Source: Bacilli bacterium
Lineage (GTDB): Bacteria; Bacillota_I; Bacilli_A; RFN20; CAG-826
Length of the DNA: 64,000 bases
Direction: 5' to 3'
Assembly: GCA_045597865.1 (NCBI GenBank)
Contig: JAZLKX010000025.1
Coordinates: 288,001 to 352,000, forward strand
In this document: positions 9,812 to 19,566 of the stretch, in pieces
Layout of the letters: each line of letters begins with the position of its first letter
Numbering within the stretch: position 1 is the first letter of the stretch
Made by a program: the position numbers and the translations under genes
Notes under the pieces: model-generated
Seen by the model: the letters and a program-made list of their open reading frames with translations, nothing else
Told to the model about the DNA's origin: nothing
Database searches by the model: none

Positions 9812-11755
9812 TTACTTCACCTCGTCTATAAATGAATCGACCTCGTTGAAGTTGATATTTTCTTCAATCCAACTACGTCTTTGTGATGGGTCATTACCCA
9901 TAAGGGTAATAAGTCTTTGTTCAGCGAGTACTGAGTCTTCAATTGTAACCTTCAAAAGTTGTCTTGTTTTTGGGTCCATTGTGGACTCTTTTAATTGGTC
10001 ATCATTCATCTCGCCGAGACCCTTATATCTATTAACTCTTGGGGTTCCGCCAAGCTCTTTTTTAGCTTCTGCAAGGCCTTCATCATCCCAAGCATATTTG
10101 TAAATTTCTTTGCCCTTAACTTCTCTACTTGCACGGTATAAAGGAGGAAGCGCAACAAACACTTTTCCTTTGAGAATTAATGGTCTCATAAAGTTGTAGA
10201 AAAATGTAATAAGTAAGGTTTGAATATGTGCTCCATCTGTATCAGCATCTGTCATAAAAATGATCTTTCCATAATGTGAGTTATCTGGATTACAATTCTC
10301 CAAAACACCACATCCAATGGTGTTTATGAGTGTTGCACATTCTTCATTTTTAAGAACTTTATCTAAACCTAAGCCAAAAGTGTTAAGTGGTTTACCACGA
10401 AGTGGTAAGATTGCTTGATGCATTCTATCACGTGACTTTTTGGCTGTTCCACCAGCAGAATCGCCTTCAACAATGAAAAGTTCGTTTTTATCATAATCTT
10501 TGCTTGCTGCTGGGGTTAATTTATCAGACAAAACAATGTCTTGTTTTACTGTTTTTTTACTACGTGCTTCATCTCTAGCTTTTCTAGCTGCAACACGAGC
10601 AGTCATGGAATCTTGACATTTCTTGATCAAATTGACTGCAAACTCTTTATGTTCAGCAAGATAATAACTAAAGTTATTATAAATAAAGTTAGAAATGATT
10701 GGTAAAGCTTCTGGAGTACCTAATTTTTGCTTAGTTTGTCCTTCATATTCGAGCTTTTCTTCAGGTATTTTTAATGAAATAATTGCAGTTAAACCTTCAC
10801 GAATGTCATTACCTTCAAGTTTTTGCTTATTTCTAAGCAATCCATTTTCTTCAGCATAATCATTAACTGCTTTTGTTAAACCTTGACGGAATCCTTGTTC
10901 ATGGGTTCCACCATCTCTGGTTCTAACATTGTTTGCATATGAGTAAATATTTTCGGAATAATCTTCATAAGCATATTGCATTGCTATATCTATAGATATA
11001 GAATCGTCGATTCCTTCGAATGCAACGATCTCACCGAGAACCTTTTTGTTTGTCTCAAGTGAACCTATATACTCCTTAATACCTTCGTTATAGCAAAACT
11101 CAACTTTTTCTCCTGTTCTTTCGTCAGAGAGTACGAATTTTACACCTTTTAAAAGGAAGGCGCTTTCTTGAATATGGTTTGCAATAATGTCGTATTTGAA
11201 ATCAACAGTTGAGAAGATTCTTGGATCAGGTTTGAAACGGACAAGTGTGCCCTTTTTCTTGGTATTACCAAGAACCTCGATTGGGGTAACAAGTTTTCCA
11301 CCATCTTCAAAACGGATGTGATGAATTTTTCCACCTTTGAAAACAGTGACATCGCAATATTCAGACAAGGCATTGGTGACCGCAGAACCAACCCCGTGTA
11401 AGCCAGCACTTGATGTGTAAGCCTTATTTGAAAACTTACCACCTGAGTGTAATGTTGTGAAGATTAATTGGACTGCTGGCATGCCAGTCTGTTGATGTAT
11501 ATCAACAGGAATTCCTCTTCCTTCGTCTTCAACACCTAAAGAACCATCTTTGAAAATGGTGATTTTTATTGTATTTCCGTATCCACTTAAAGCCTCGTCA
11601 ACAGCGTTATCAACGATTTCCCAAACAAGGTGATGGACACCTGTTAAGTTAGTAGAACCGATGTACATTGCAGGACGTTTTCTGACGCCAGCAAGGCCTT
11701 CTAAAAGGTCAATATCTTTTGCGGAATAGTCTGATTTTGCGATATTATTTGCCAT
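9812..11755 (-). CDS. parE: DNA topoisomerase IV subunit B
   Basis: RKRPAMYIG, EIVDNAVDE, LHSGGKF, EGDSAGG, PLRGK, DADTDG, RYKGLGEM; start set at MANNIAK. Confidence 0.9.
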   Translation of the reverse strand: MANNIAKSDYSAKDIDLLEGLAGVRKRPAMYIGSTNLTGVHHLVWEIVDNAVDEALSGYGNTIKITIFKDGSLGVEDEGRGIPVDIHQQTGMPAVQLIFTTLHSGGKFSNKAYTSSAGLHGVGSAVTNALSEYCDVTVFKGGKIHHIRFEDGGKLVTPIEVLGNTKKKGTLVRFKPDPRIFSTVDFKYDIIANHIQESAFLLKGVKFVLSDERTGEKVEFCYNEGIKEYIGSLETNKKVLGEIVAFEGIDDSISIDIAMQYAYEDYSENIYSYANNVRTRDGGTHEQGFRQGLTKAVNDYAEENGLLRNKQKLEGNDIREGLTAIISLKIPEEKLEYEGQTKQKLGTPEALPIISNFIYNNFSYYLAEHKEFAVNLIKKCQDSMTARVAARKARDEARSKKTVKQDIVLSDKLTPAASKDYDKNELFIVEGDSAGGTAKKSRDRMHQAILPLRGKPLNTFGLGLDKVLKNEECATLINTIGCGVLENCNPDNSHYGKIIFMTDADTDGAHIQTLLITFFYNFMRPLILKGKVFVALPPLYRASREVKGKEIYKYAWDDEGLAEAKKELGGTPRVNRYKGLGEMNDDQLKESTMDPKTRQLLKVTIEDSVLAEQRLITLMGNDPSQRRSWIEENINFNEVDSFIDEVK

Positions 11756-11861
11756 TTTTCTTATTACCTTTCTCAATTTCTAAAAATTGATTATAACAAA
11801 ATAAAGGTTGAAAATATAAGCACTTTTTTCTATCATAATTTAGGATTTTGGAGGATTTAAA

Positions 11862-12611
11862 ATGGATATTATTTTATATAATATAATCGCAATTTTGTTG
11901 TCATTAATTTTTGGATATTTTTTCGGTTCAATACCTACTGGAGTCATACTTTGTAGACTCTTTTATGGTAAAGATCCACGCAATTTTGGGTCAAAAAACT
12001 CTGGTGGAACCAATGTTGGACGAGTTTTTGGCATGAAAATGGGTGCAGCAACCATAATTTTAGATGCTTTTAAGACCATTTTTCCGATGATTATTGTGTA
12101 TATTATCCTTAAATTTGCTAATTTGAACGACATTTTCTTAAACAATTTTGGCGAAAATCTCTTCCATAATGGTTTAACAATGTTAATTGTTGCTCCTTTA
12201 GGAGCAACCTTTGGACACTGCTGGCCAATATTTGCTCAATTTAAAGGCGGAAAAGCTGTCGCAAGTTTTGCTGGTTTTGCCATTGCTACTTGCTGGTTAA
12301 CATTTGGACTTAGCTTAATTGCCTTCCTAATTACCCTCAAAATTTCAAAACACGTTTCTCTTTCTTCAATAATCGGATCGTTAGTTGCCATGCTTGGTGC
12401 CTGGATCTTGTTTATCCTTTCAAATTTTGTCCCAAGTTTTAACACCAATTTTGCTTTTTGGGGATTCGGACAAGAGCCATTTTGGGTTGTTGCAAGTCTA
12501 GAGTTTGCAATCGCCTCAACCTTAATTGCCGTCGTTCTTGTAATTAGACACATTTCGAATATAAAAAGACTCGCGTCGCACACCGAATCAAAAATTAAGT
12601 GGATGAAGTAA
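11862..12611 (+). CDS. plsY: Glycerol-3-phosphate acyltransferase PlsY
   Basis: GSIP, GSKNSGGTN, DAFK, GHCWP..FKGGKAVA, RHISNI. Confidence 0.95.
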   Translation: MDIILYNIIAILLSLIFGYFFGSIPTGVILCRLFYGKDPRNFGSKNSGGTNVGRVFGMKMGAATIILDAFKTIFPMIIVYIILKFANLNDIFLNNFGENLFHNGLTMLIVAPLGATFGHCWPIFAQFKGGKAVASFAGFAIATCWLTFGLSLIAFLITLKISKHVSLSSIIGSLVAMLGAWILFILSNFVPSFNTNFAFWGFGQEPFWVVASLEFAIASTLIAVVLVIRHISNIKRLASHTESKIKWMK

Positions 12612-12623
12612 TTTTCCATATTT

Positions 12624-12646
12624 TTTAGTAGATATTTAGTAGTTTT
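12624..12646 (+). repeat. 23-bp dispersed repeat, copy 2
   Basis: Identical to 4118-4140, same orientation. Confidence 0.85.
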
Positions 12647-12805
12647 TTAAACTGTGAATTAATAAAAGACTCCATTGTGGAAACACCAAAAAGTTTCGAT
12701 GAAATGGAGTTTTTTAATTGACGATTTTTTAATTTACACTTCTCCACTACTACTGCAACCCACTTCAATTTATGCGCTATTAAAAAACAGGCGATTTTAG
12801 GCACG

Positions 12806-12832
12806 AAAAAAGCACCTCCGGAGAGATGCTTC
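12806..12832 (-). terminator. Intrinsic terminator downstream of yneF
   Basis: Minus strand AAGCATCT-ctccgg-AGGTGCTT-TTTT. Confidence 0.7.
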
Positions 12833-12851
12833 ATCAATAGTAATTTCGGGC

Positions 12852-13067
12852 TTATTTGCTGTTTCTCATTTGATTCATAACAGCACGAATTTGAGCCTCA
12901 CTTGGCTTACGTCCCATCTGCATGAACATAGCACGAATCATGTTTTCACTAATAGGTGGATTCTTTTGCAATTCGCGTTTGAAGAACCAACGAGAAGCGA
13001 CGAATCCGACGATTAAACCAACAAAGAATAATCCGATAATTAAGCCAATTGCTACACCTGTTTCCAT
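12852..13067 (-). CDS. yneF: UPF0154 membrane protein YneF
   Basis: TM helix, then KNPPISENMIRAMFMQMGRKPSEAQI signature. Confidence 0.9.
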   Translation of the reverse strand: METGVAIGLIIGLFFVGLIVGFVASRWFFKRELQKNPPISENMIRAMFMQMGRKPSEAQIRAVMNQMRNSK

Positions 13068-13078
13068 ATTTTTGCCTC

Positions 13079-13633
13079 CTATGCACGTCCAGCGTATTCG
13101 CCGGTATCTGTTTTAATCATAATTTTTTCGCCTTCGTTAATAAACATAGGAACTCTAAGTTTATAACCTGTTTCAAGAACACAGTTCTTTAAGGCTTTAT
13201 TAATTGTATCACCACGAACTGACAATTCACATTCAGTGACTGTAAGTGCTACAGCTGGTGGTAATGCAATTCCGAGGATTTCCTCTTCATAGAAGAGGAT
13301 ATCAATCTCAACATTTGAAGTTAGGAAGTTTAATTCCCATTCCAATTTTGATTTTGGAAGTTCAATTTGATCAAATGTTTCATTGTTCATGAAGACTAAT
13401 GTTTCTCCAGAATCATATAGATATGCCATTTTCTTCTTGTTTAATTGAACTCTTTCGACATCATAGCCAGAATTACGTGCTAAATCTGTGATTGCGCCTG
13501 TACGCATGTTTTTGGCTTTAACTTTGGCAACCATCTTTCGCATGGCGGTCTTATTTAATAAGATGTCCACTGCTAAATAAAGATTTCCTTCATCTAAGAA
13601 GTAATAGCCTGGTCTTAATTCAGTAACGTTCAT
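13079..13633 (-). CDS. efp: Elongation factor P (non-canonical KTAMR loop)
   Basis: KNMRTG, YLY, FMN.ETFDQ, RGDT, LETG..VPMFI..GE.I.I.T.TGEY..RA. Confidence 0.92.
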   Translation of the reverse strand: MNVTELRPGYYFLDEGNLYLAVDILLNKTAMRKMVAKVKAKNMRTGAITDLARNSGYDVERVQLNKKKMAYLYDSGETLVFMNNETFDQIELPKSKLEWELNFLTSNVEIDILFYEEEILGIALPPAVALTVTECELSVRGDTINKALKNCVLETGYKLRVPMFINEGEKIMIKTDTGEYAGRA

Positions 13634-13670
13634 GCTAATCCTCCAAAATCATTTAGATTATATCTAAAAA

Positions 13671-14321
13671 CTAGATATTATTCAAATAAGTATTGTACTT
13701 CTTCTCTCTATCCAAATCTGTTAAAGCGCCGTGTCCTGGATAGACTTTAACTCCATCAGGAAGGTCTTTAAGTTTTTTAAGAGATGATTCAACAGTTCTT
13801 TGAGAACCTGTTGGTAAATCTGTACGACCTATGGTCGTAAAGAATAAAGTATCTCCAGTGAAAAGAATTTTTTCATTTTCGATATAGTAGCAGCAACTTC
13901 CTTTCGTATGAAATGGAGTTGCAATTACTTTAATATCAAATCCGGCGACATTTATAATGTCACCATCATCCAAAAGTTTTACCTTTTTAGGCATGAAAGA
14001 TAGCGGAACTATATCATATTCACCCCAATTTACATCAGTTAAATTTAAACTTGGATCAGTTAAAAATTCAATTTCATCCCTTAAAATGTAAACTTTTGCA
14101 TGCTTATAGATGTCTAAAACATCTTTTAAAGCATAAATATGGTCATAATGACCATGAGTAATAAATATTGCTTTAATATCTTTATTTAATTTTTTGATAT
14201 GGTCGATAAGTCCGTTATTCAAAGAATAACCTGGATCGACTAAAAAAGCTTCATCATTTTCGTTATACATGATGTAGCAGTTACAAGCTACTCTACTATA
14301 ATAAATATCGACCATAATCAA
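13671..14321 (-). CDS. MBL-fold metallo-hydrolase (glyoxalase II-like)
   Basis: THGHYDH, TPFHTKGS, FTGDTLF, GRTDLP, PGHG; alternative start ATG 14315. Confidence 0.9.
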   Translation of the reverse strand: MIMVDIYYSRVACNCYIMYNENDEAFLVDPGYSLNNGLIDHIKKLNKDIKAIFITHGHYDHIYALKDVLDIYKHAKVYILRDEIEFLTDPSLNLTDVNWGEYDIVPLSFMPKKVKLLDDGDIINVAGFDIKVIATPFHTKGSCCYYIENEKILFTGDTLFFTTIGRTDLPTGSQRTVESSLKKLKDLPDGVKVYPGHGALTDLDREKKYNTYLNNI

Positions 14322-14340
14322 AAAAATAAGGATATAATCC

Positions 14341-14493
14341 TTACTTTTTCTCCTTGTGCACTGTGTGCTTTTTGCATTTCCAGCAGTATTTCTTGGTTTC
14401 TAATCTGTCCGGATGCTCTTTTTTATTTTTGTTTGTGATGTAGTTTTCTTCACCACAGACTGTGCACTTAAGTGTAATATTATCTCTTGGCAT
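14341..14493 (-). CDS. rpmG: 50S ribosomal protein L33 (Zn-ribbon type); not in ORF track
   Basis: Manual translation [50 protein letters not shown]; SD AAGGAG upstream. Confidence 0.95.
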   Translation of the reverse strand: MPRDNITLKCTVCGEENYITNKNKKEHPDRLETKKYCWKCKKHTVHKEKK

Positions 14494-14583
14494 AGGTTTA
14501 TCTCCTTTGCAATTTGCTCAAAAATAATAGCACAAAGAATAAAATATATCTACAAGATATTTAATCTTTGTTATAATCTACAT

Positions 14584-15642
14584 ATGAAATCTATGCCAAG
14601 AGTTAATACTAAAAGCATTAAAATCAGTAATATTACCATTGGTGGATCAAATAAAGTTTTGATTCAATCCATGTGTAATATTAAAACATCAAACGTTGAT
14701 GCTGTTGTTAAACAAATAAACGAATGCGCCTTATTAGGCGCAGATTTAATGCGTGTCTCAGTTTTAGACATGGATGACGCTAAAGCAATCAAGGAAATTG
14801 TTAAACAAATTTCCGTTCCACTTATCGCCGATATTCACTTCGATTACAGGCTTGCAATCGAATCCATAAATTCAGGTGTAAACGCAATTAGACTGAATCC
14901 AGGAAATATCGGCAGCCCAGATAATGTCAAAAAAGTCGTTGATTTGTGTAAAGAAAAACACATTCCAATTAGAATTGGAGTTAACTCTGGTTCTATCGAT
15001 AAAGAAGTCAATAATGACACTCAAATTGTCAAGGCTAAGGAATTAGTTGAATCTGCTGCAAAAACAGTTAAGATGCTCGAAAAAATGGGATTTTATGACA
15101 TAGTCATATCTCTCAAAGGTTCACATGTCTTAGAAACTGTTGAAGCTTATAGACTTGCATCCAAAAAATTCAAATATCCACTCCATTTAGGAATCACTGA
15201 AGCTGGTCCAAAAGATATCGGAATGATTAGATCCACCGCTGGACTTGCACCAATCTTACTTGAAGGTATTGGAGACACAATCAGAATTTCACTTTCTGAT
15301 GAACCACAAGAAGAAGTTAGAGCTTGCAGAAGACTTCTTAAAGATTTAGAAATTAGAAATGATTACCCTACTTTAATTTCTTGTCCAACATGCGGAAGAA
15401 CTCAAGTTAATTTAGTTCCACTTGCAAAGCAAGTGTTAAAGTTCCTAGAAGATAACAAGATCAACAAAACTGTTGCTGTTATGGGTTGTATTGTTAATGG
15501 ACCAGGCGAAGCTAAACGTGCAGACATTGGATGCGCAGGCGGCAAAGGCCAATGGGTCATCTTCAAAAAAGAAGAAATTATAAAAACAGTCCCTGAAGAT
15601 AAAATCTTCGAAGAACTGTGTAACGAAATCAAAAAGTTATAA
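14584..15642 (+). CDS. ispG: HMBPP synthase IspG (MEP pathway)
   Basis: IQSM, ADIHFD, RLNPGN, RIGVNSGS, HLGITEAG, GIGDTIRISL, CPTCGR, MGCIVNGPGE; start moved from 14413 to 14584. Confidence 0.95.
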   Translation: MKSMPRVNTKSIKISNITIGGSNKVLIQSMCNIKTSNVDAVVKQINECALLGADLMRVSVLDMDDAKAIKEIVKQISVPLIADIHFDYRLAIESINSGVNAIRLNPGNIGSPDNVKKVVDLCKEKHIPIRIGVNSGSIDKEVNNDTQIVKAKELVESAAKTVKMLEKMGFYDIVISLKGSHVLETVEAYRLASKKFKYPLHLGITEAGPKDIGMIRSTAGLAPILLEGIGDTIRISLSDEPQEEVRACRRLLKDLEIRNDYPTLISCPTCGRTQVNLVPLAKQVLKFLEDNKINKTVAVMGCIVNGPGEAKRADIGCAGGKGQWVIFKKEEIIKTVPEDKIFEELCNEIKKL

Positions 15643-15643
15643 A

Positions 15644-15667
15644 AAAAGAGAGATTAATCTCTCTTTT
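15644..15667. terminator. Bidirectional terminator between ispG and nfo
   Basis: AAAAGAGAGATTAATCTCTCTTTT inverted repeat between convergent genes. Confidence 0.7.
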
Positions 15668-16541
15668 ATTTTCTCCAATCATTGAACTTGCTTGCCTTGA
15701 ACATGGCAATTTCTTCTTTATACGGAGCTTGGTCATTAACATAAGGAGTTTCAAGAATTTTTGGAACTCCAGGAATTCTTGGATTATGGACCACCGCATT
15801 TAATGCATCAAATCCAATAAAACCATAACCAATGTTTTCATGTCTGTCTTTGTGAGCTCCAACATCATTCTTAGAATCATTAACGTGAATGACATAAAGC
15901 TTGTCTAATCCCACAGTTTTTTCAACATTGTCTAAGATGCTATCAAAATTATGAATATCATAATTATTGTCACTAACGTGACAAGTATCAAGACAAATTC
16001 CAACTCTTTCTGGATGTTTTACCTTTGAAATAATTTCAGCCATTTGCTCGAAACTTGTACCCATTTCAGAGCCTTTTCCAGCCATTGTTTCAAGTGCAAT
16101 TCTAACGTCAGTTCCATCTTTATCAAGAACTTCATCCAGTGCTTTTACAATTGAGTCAATTCCGTTTTCTACACCTGTATTTACGTGGCTGCCTGGGTGC
16201 AAAACTAATGTCTTACAACCGAATGCTGCGGTTCTCTTAACTTCGTTAAGAAGAACTGATTTAGCCATTCCATAATTAACTTCGTTTAATTGATTTGCGA
16301 TGTTAATAATGTATGGAGCATGAACAATAATTTTATCTTCATTAAAGCCATTTGCTCTTAATAGAGCACGGCCTTCTTCAATCATAAGTTTTTCAAGTGG
16401 AAGTCTAAATGAATTTTGTGGAGCACCTGTATAAAACATTAAAGTGTTCGCTCCATAAGAGATAGCTTCTTCAACTGAACCTAAATAATATTTAGGTGAG
16501 GACATTGAAACATGTGATCCAATATAAAGTTCTTTATCCAT
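15666..16541 (-). CDS. nfo: Endonuclease IV
   Basis: IGSHVS, HAPYIIN, LHPG, LETMAGKG, CLDTCH, HVNDSK, DRHE, ILETP; start set at MDKELY. Confidence 0.95.
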   Translation of the reverse strand: MDKELYIGSHVSMSSPKYYLGSVEEAISYGANTLMFYTGAPQNSFRLPLEKLMIEEGRALLRANGFNEDKIIVHAPYIINIANQLNEVNYGMAKSVLLNEVKRTAAFGCKTLVLHPGSHVNTGVENGIDSIVKALDEVLDKDGTDVRIALETMAGKGSEMGTSFEQMAEIISKVKHPERVGICLDTCHVSDNNYDIHNFDSILDNVEKTVGLDKLYVIHVNDSKNDVGAHKDRHENIGYGFIGFDALNAVVHNPRIPGVPKILETPYVNDQAPYKEEIAMFKASKFNDWRK

Positions 16542-17883
16542 TTTGGTTCTCCCTCTTATAACGTTCAACTCGTTGACGTCTTATGTCTTTACGAATGATT
16601 TCGCGTCTATGTTTTTGCTTTGCTTTTGCAATAGCTTCTTTTTGTTTTTTCTTGTAGCCAGGTTTAACCTTTTTGTTACGTCCACCTTGCGCTTTAATTT
16701 TGCTAATTTCCTTTTGAAGTTCCTCGTCAACTTTTCTCTTGTTTGGATGAGTTTTTTCAATTGGGTGTCCTGGTGCCAATTCACTATCTTTAAGTATTAA
16801 ATACTTAAATTGAACGCCATTTTTAACTAATGCAAGTGGTTTTGCGGTCTTATCATTGTTGTAGAATGTGTAGCAATTTCCAGACTTGTTAAAACGTCCA
16901 GTTCTACCCGCTCTATGGTAATAAAATTCAAGGTTGTTTGGTAGATCAACATTAATGACATCTGTAACATCTGGAATATCTAAACCACGAGCAGCCATAT
17001 CAGAGCAAACTAAAATATAAATCTCATCATTTTTAACTTGTCTCAAGACAGATTTTCTTTCTCTAGCATTTAAATCACCAGTTAATAAACCAGCTTTATA
17101 TTTCTTTGCTCTAAGAGCAGCATAAATCTCGTTTGCAGTTTCTTTTTTAGATGCAAAAACAAGCAAAAGATAAGGTTTAATTATATCAATAATGTTTTCT
17201 AATGATGTTACAACATCATTGTGTCTAATATCAACCAAATAATGAGTTACTTTTGAAGCAGTCATTGTTTCTTCGTTAATAACTGGAACATTTGGTCCAA
17301 TATACTTTTCAAGTTCGTGTGCTAAATTACTTTCGAGGGTTGCTGAATAAACTAAAAATCTTGGTTTATTTGTTTTATCAACAACTTTATCAATTTCTCC
17401 AAAGAAGCCTTCTCTTAAAAGCATATCAGCTTCATCTAATACAATAGTATTAACAAATCTTAATGATAAGTTTTTGCCTAAAATATCTGCAAGTCTTCCA
17501 GGAGTTCCAATAATAATGTGAGGAGGAACAGATAAACCTTTTTCGGTTTCTTCTCTTTCAACTCCAGACTTAAATAATTTAATTTTTAAACCTGGGAATT
17601 CTTGCATGAACGGAACTGCAAAGTCATAAATTTGTTTTGCGAGTTCTCTTGTAGGTGCAATGATAATTGATTGAACATTTTGATTTTTTAAATCAATTTG
17701 GTCAATAATTGGAATTAAAAAGCATAAAGTTTTACCAGTTCCTGTAGCACTTTGAACCATTAAAGTTTCACCTTTAAGTGCTTTAGGAATTGCTCTTAGT
17801 TGAATCTCTGAAGGCTCACTAAAACCTTGTCTATTTAGAGACTTGATCATTGATTCAGATAAATTAATTGCTTTAAACGACAT
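16534..17883 (-). CDS. cshB: DEAD-box RNA helicase CshB-like
   Basis: ATGTGKT, PTRELA, DEAD, SAT, ARGLD, HRAGRTGR, basic tail with VKPGYKKK; next to nfo. Confidence 0.9.
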   Translation of the reverse strand: MSFKAINLSESMIKSLNRQGFSEPSEIQLRAIPKALKGETLMVQSATGTGKTLCFLIPIIDQIDLKNQNVQSIIIAPTRELAKQIYDFAVPFMQEFPGLKIKLFKSGVEREETEKGLSVPPHIIIGTPGRLADILGKNLSLRFVNTIVLDEADMLLREGFFGEIDKVVDKTNKPRFLVYSATLESNLAHELEKYIGPNVPVINEETMTASKVTHYLVDIRHNDVVTSLENIIDIIKPYLLLVFASKKETANEIYAALRAKKYKAGLLTGDLNARERKSVLRQVKNDEIYILVCSDMAARGLDIPDVTDVINVDLPNNLEFYYHRAGRTGRFNKSGNCYTFYNNDKTAKPLALVKNGVQFKYLILKDSELAPGHPIEKTHPNKRKVDEELQKEISKIKAQGGRNKKVKPGYKKKQKEAIAKAKQKHRREIIRKDIRRQRVERYKRENQNG

Positions 17884-17940
17884 AATTTTTCCCGCGCTTT
17901 ATTATACACGTAAAATTATAAATGTGCTATTATAGAAACC

Positions 17941-18804
17941 ATGAGAGTTACTGTTTTAGAACCTTCAGGTTACTGTGCAGGCGTTGATCTTGCTATAAAC
18001 TTAGCAATCAAAACAAAAGAAGAAAACAAGTCAAAAAACGTTGTTGTTTTAGGTATGCTTGTCCATAACCAAGACTCCTTAAAAACTCTCGAAAAACACG
18101 GAATAAAGACCATTTATAAAGAAAATTCGTCTTTAGACGAACTGATTGATGAAATTAAAGAACCTTCAATAGTCATTTTGACTGCTCATGGTCACTCTAA
18201 AAGTATTGAAAATAAACTTCTAAAAAACGGCCACCAAATCGTAGATACAACCTGCCCATTTGTTAAAAAATCAATGGAAGAAATTTCTAATGAATTAGCT
18301 AACAACAACTCTGTTTTCTATATTGGTGTTAAAAACCATCCTGAAGCAAACGCGGCACTTTCATTAGGGGAAAAAGTTTATTTAATCGACTTTAAAAGTC
18401 CGATTATTCCTTTAGTAAATTCCGATTCACCTTTGGTGATTTGTCAAACAACACTCTCAGAATCTGAAATTAGCGGAGCAATTTCTCTCATAAAAAATAA
18501 ATACAAAAATGCTAAATTTATTAAAGGAATTTGCAATGCCTCAACCCTTAGACAAACTGCTATCTTATCATTAGATAACACTGTTGATATGATTTATGTT
18601 GTTGGTGGAGCTAATTCAAACAACTCAAAAACATTATTTAATTTAGCAAAGTCCCACTACCCAAATATCAAAGTTCAATTAATTCAAAATGTTGATGATA
18701 TAAAAGAAAAAGACCTTATAGGTCTTTCTCATATAGCAATTTCTTCAGGAGCATCAACTCCAAAGGAAATTATTGAACAAATCAAAAATAAATTACTTAA
18801 TTAA
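17941..18804 (+). CDS. ispH: HMBPP reductase IspH
   Basis: GYCAGV, VHN, AHG, DTTCPFV, HPE, ICNA, VVGGANSNN, SGASTP. Confidence 0.95.
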   Translation: MRVTVLEPSGYCAGVDLAINLAIKTKEENKSKNVVVLGMLVHNQDSLKTLEKHGIKTIYKENSSLDELIDEIKEPSIVILTAHGHSKSIENKLLKNGHQIVDTTCPFVKKSMEEISNELANNNSVFYIGVKNHPEANAALSLGEKVYLIDFKSPIIPLVNSDSPLVICQTTLSESEISGAISLIKNKYKNAKFIKGICNASTLRQTAILSLDNTVDMIYVVGGANSNNSKTLFNLAKSHYPNIKVQLIQNVDDIKEKDLIGLSHIAISSGASTPKEIIEQIKNKLLN

Positions 18805-19566
18805 TTCTGGAAGTTCTTCATGATCGACAATTTCAACATTTAATGTTGGATCGATACGTTGAAGAATTTTTTTCATAGTTGGCATAAAGATTCTTTCAAT
18901 TTCATGAGAACAATCCAAGAAATTATAATGATTAGAGATTACGTCCCTTCTTGCATGATGTGGAATGTCGCCCGAAATGTAAATATCATAGCCTTCTTTT
19001 TGAGCAAGTGGAAATTCTCTAGAACCACCGCCACCTATAATTGCAACACTCTTAATTGTCTTTGTGCCAGCAGAAATCAAGTGGGAATAGCTTAATCCTA
19101 AGCATTTATTTGCATACAATGCAAACTCATGGATTTCCATTGGCTCTCTCAACTCTCCACCGCGCGCCATTGCACATTTTTCAAGTGGACGAATATTTTT
19201 AAGTTTTAAGGCATTTGCCAATGCGTCATTCATACCACCTTTTCCTGTATCAAAGTTTGTGTGCATTGAATAAACAGGAACGCCTAATTTGTCAATTTCC
19301 TCACAAACAAAACGTTTTGCATCATTATGCATTAAAACTTTCTTTCTTGGACCATAAATAAATGGGTGATGAGTTAAAATAACATCAGGTTTTTTATCCA
19401 TTTTCTTAACAAAGTTAAGAACTGTTTCGTCAAAATCTAAACAAAGTAAAATCGACTTAATGTCATCTGGGAGTCTTCCGGTCATTAAACCGACTCTATC
19501 TCCGCGGCTTTTAATTGTTTTAGGAAATTGTTTAGATAATTTTCTAAAAAGTTTAATTTTGTCCAT
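18793..19566 (-). CDS. Nif3-like dinuclear metal protein (YqfO/YbgI family)
   Basis: THHPF, HTNFD, GGMND, GGGG, GDIPHH, HEIE; downstream of trmK. Confidence 0.9.
   Translation of the reverse strand: MDKIKLFRKLSKQFPKTIKSRGDRVGLMTGRLPDDIKSILLCLDFDETVLNFVKKMDKKPDVILTHHPFIYGPRKKVLMHNDAKRFVCEEIDKLGVPVYSMHTNFDTGKGGMNDALANALKLKNIRPLEKCAMARGGELREPMEIHEFALYANKCLGLSYSHLISAGTKTIKSVAIIGGGGSREFPLAQKEGYDIYISGDIPHHARRDVISNHYNFLDCSHEIERIFMPTMKKILQRIDPTLNVEIVDHEELPELIK

Noticed and set aside
4115-12646. Interpreting the 8.5-kb segment between the two 23-bp repeats as a genomic island
   Set aside because: It holds essential core genes (nadD, yqeH, parCE, plsY) and dif, and no integrase or cargo.
12625-12837. 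70-aa minus-strand ORF in the plsY-yneF spacer
   Set aside because: No SD, starts inside a terminator hairpin, no recognisable protein features.
14413-14583. 57-aa N-terminal extension of IspG in the ORF track
   Set aside because: Overlaps rpmG on the opposite strand and the divergent promoters; homology starts near ATG 14584.
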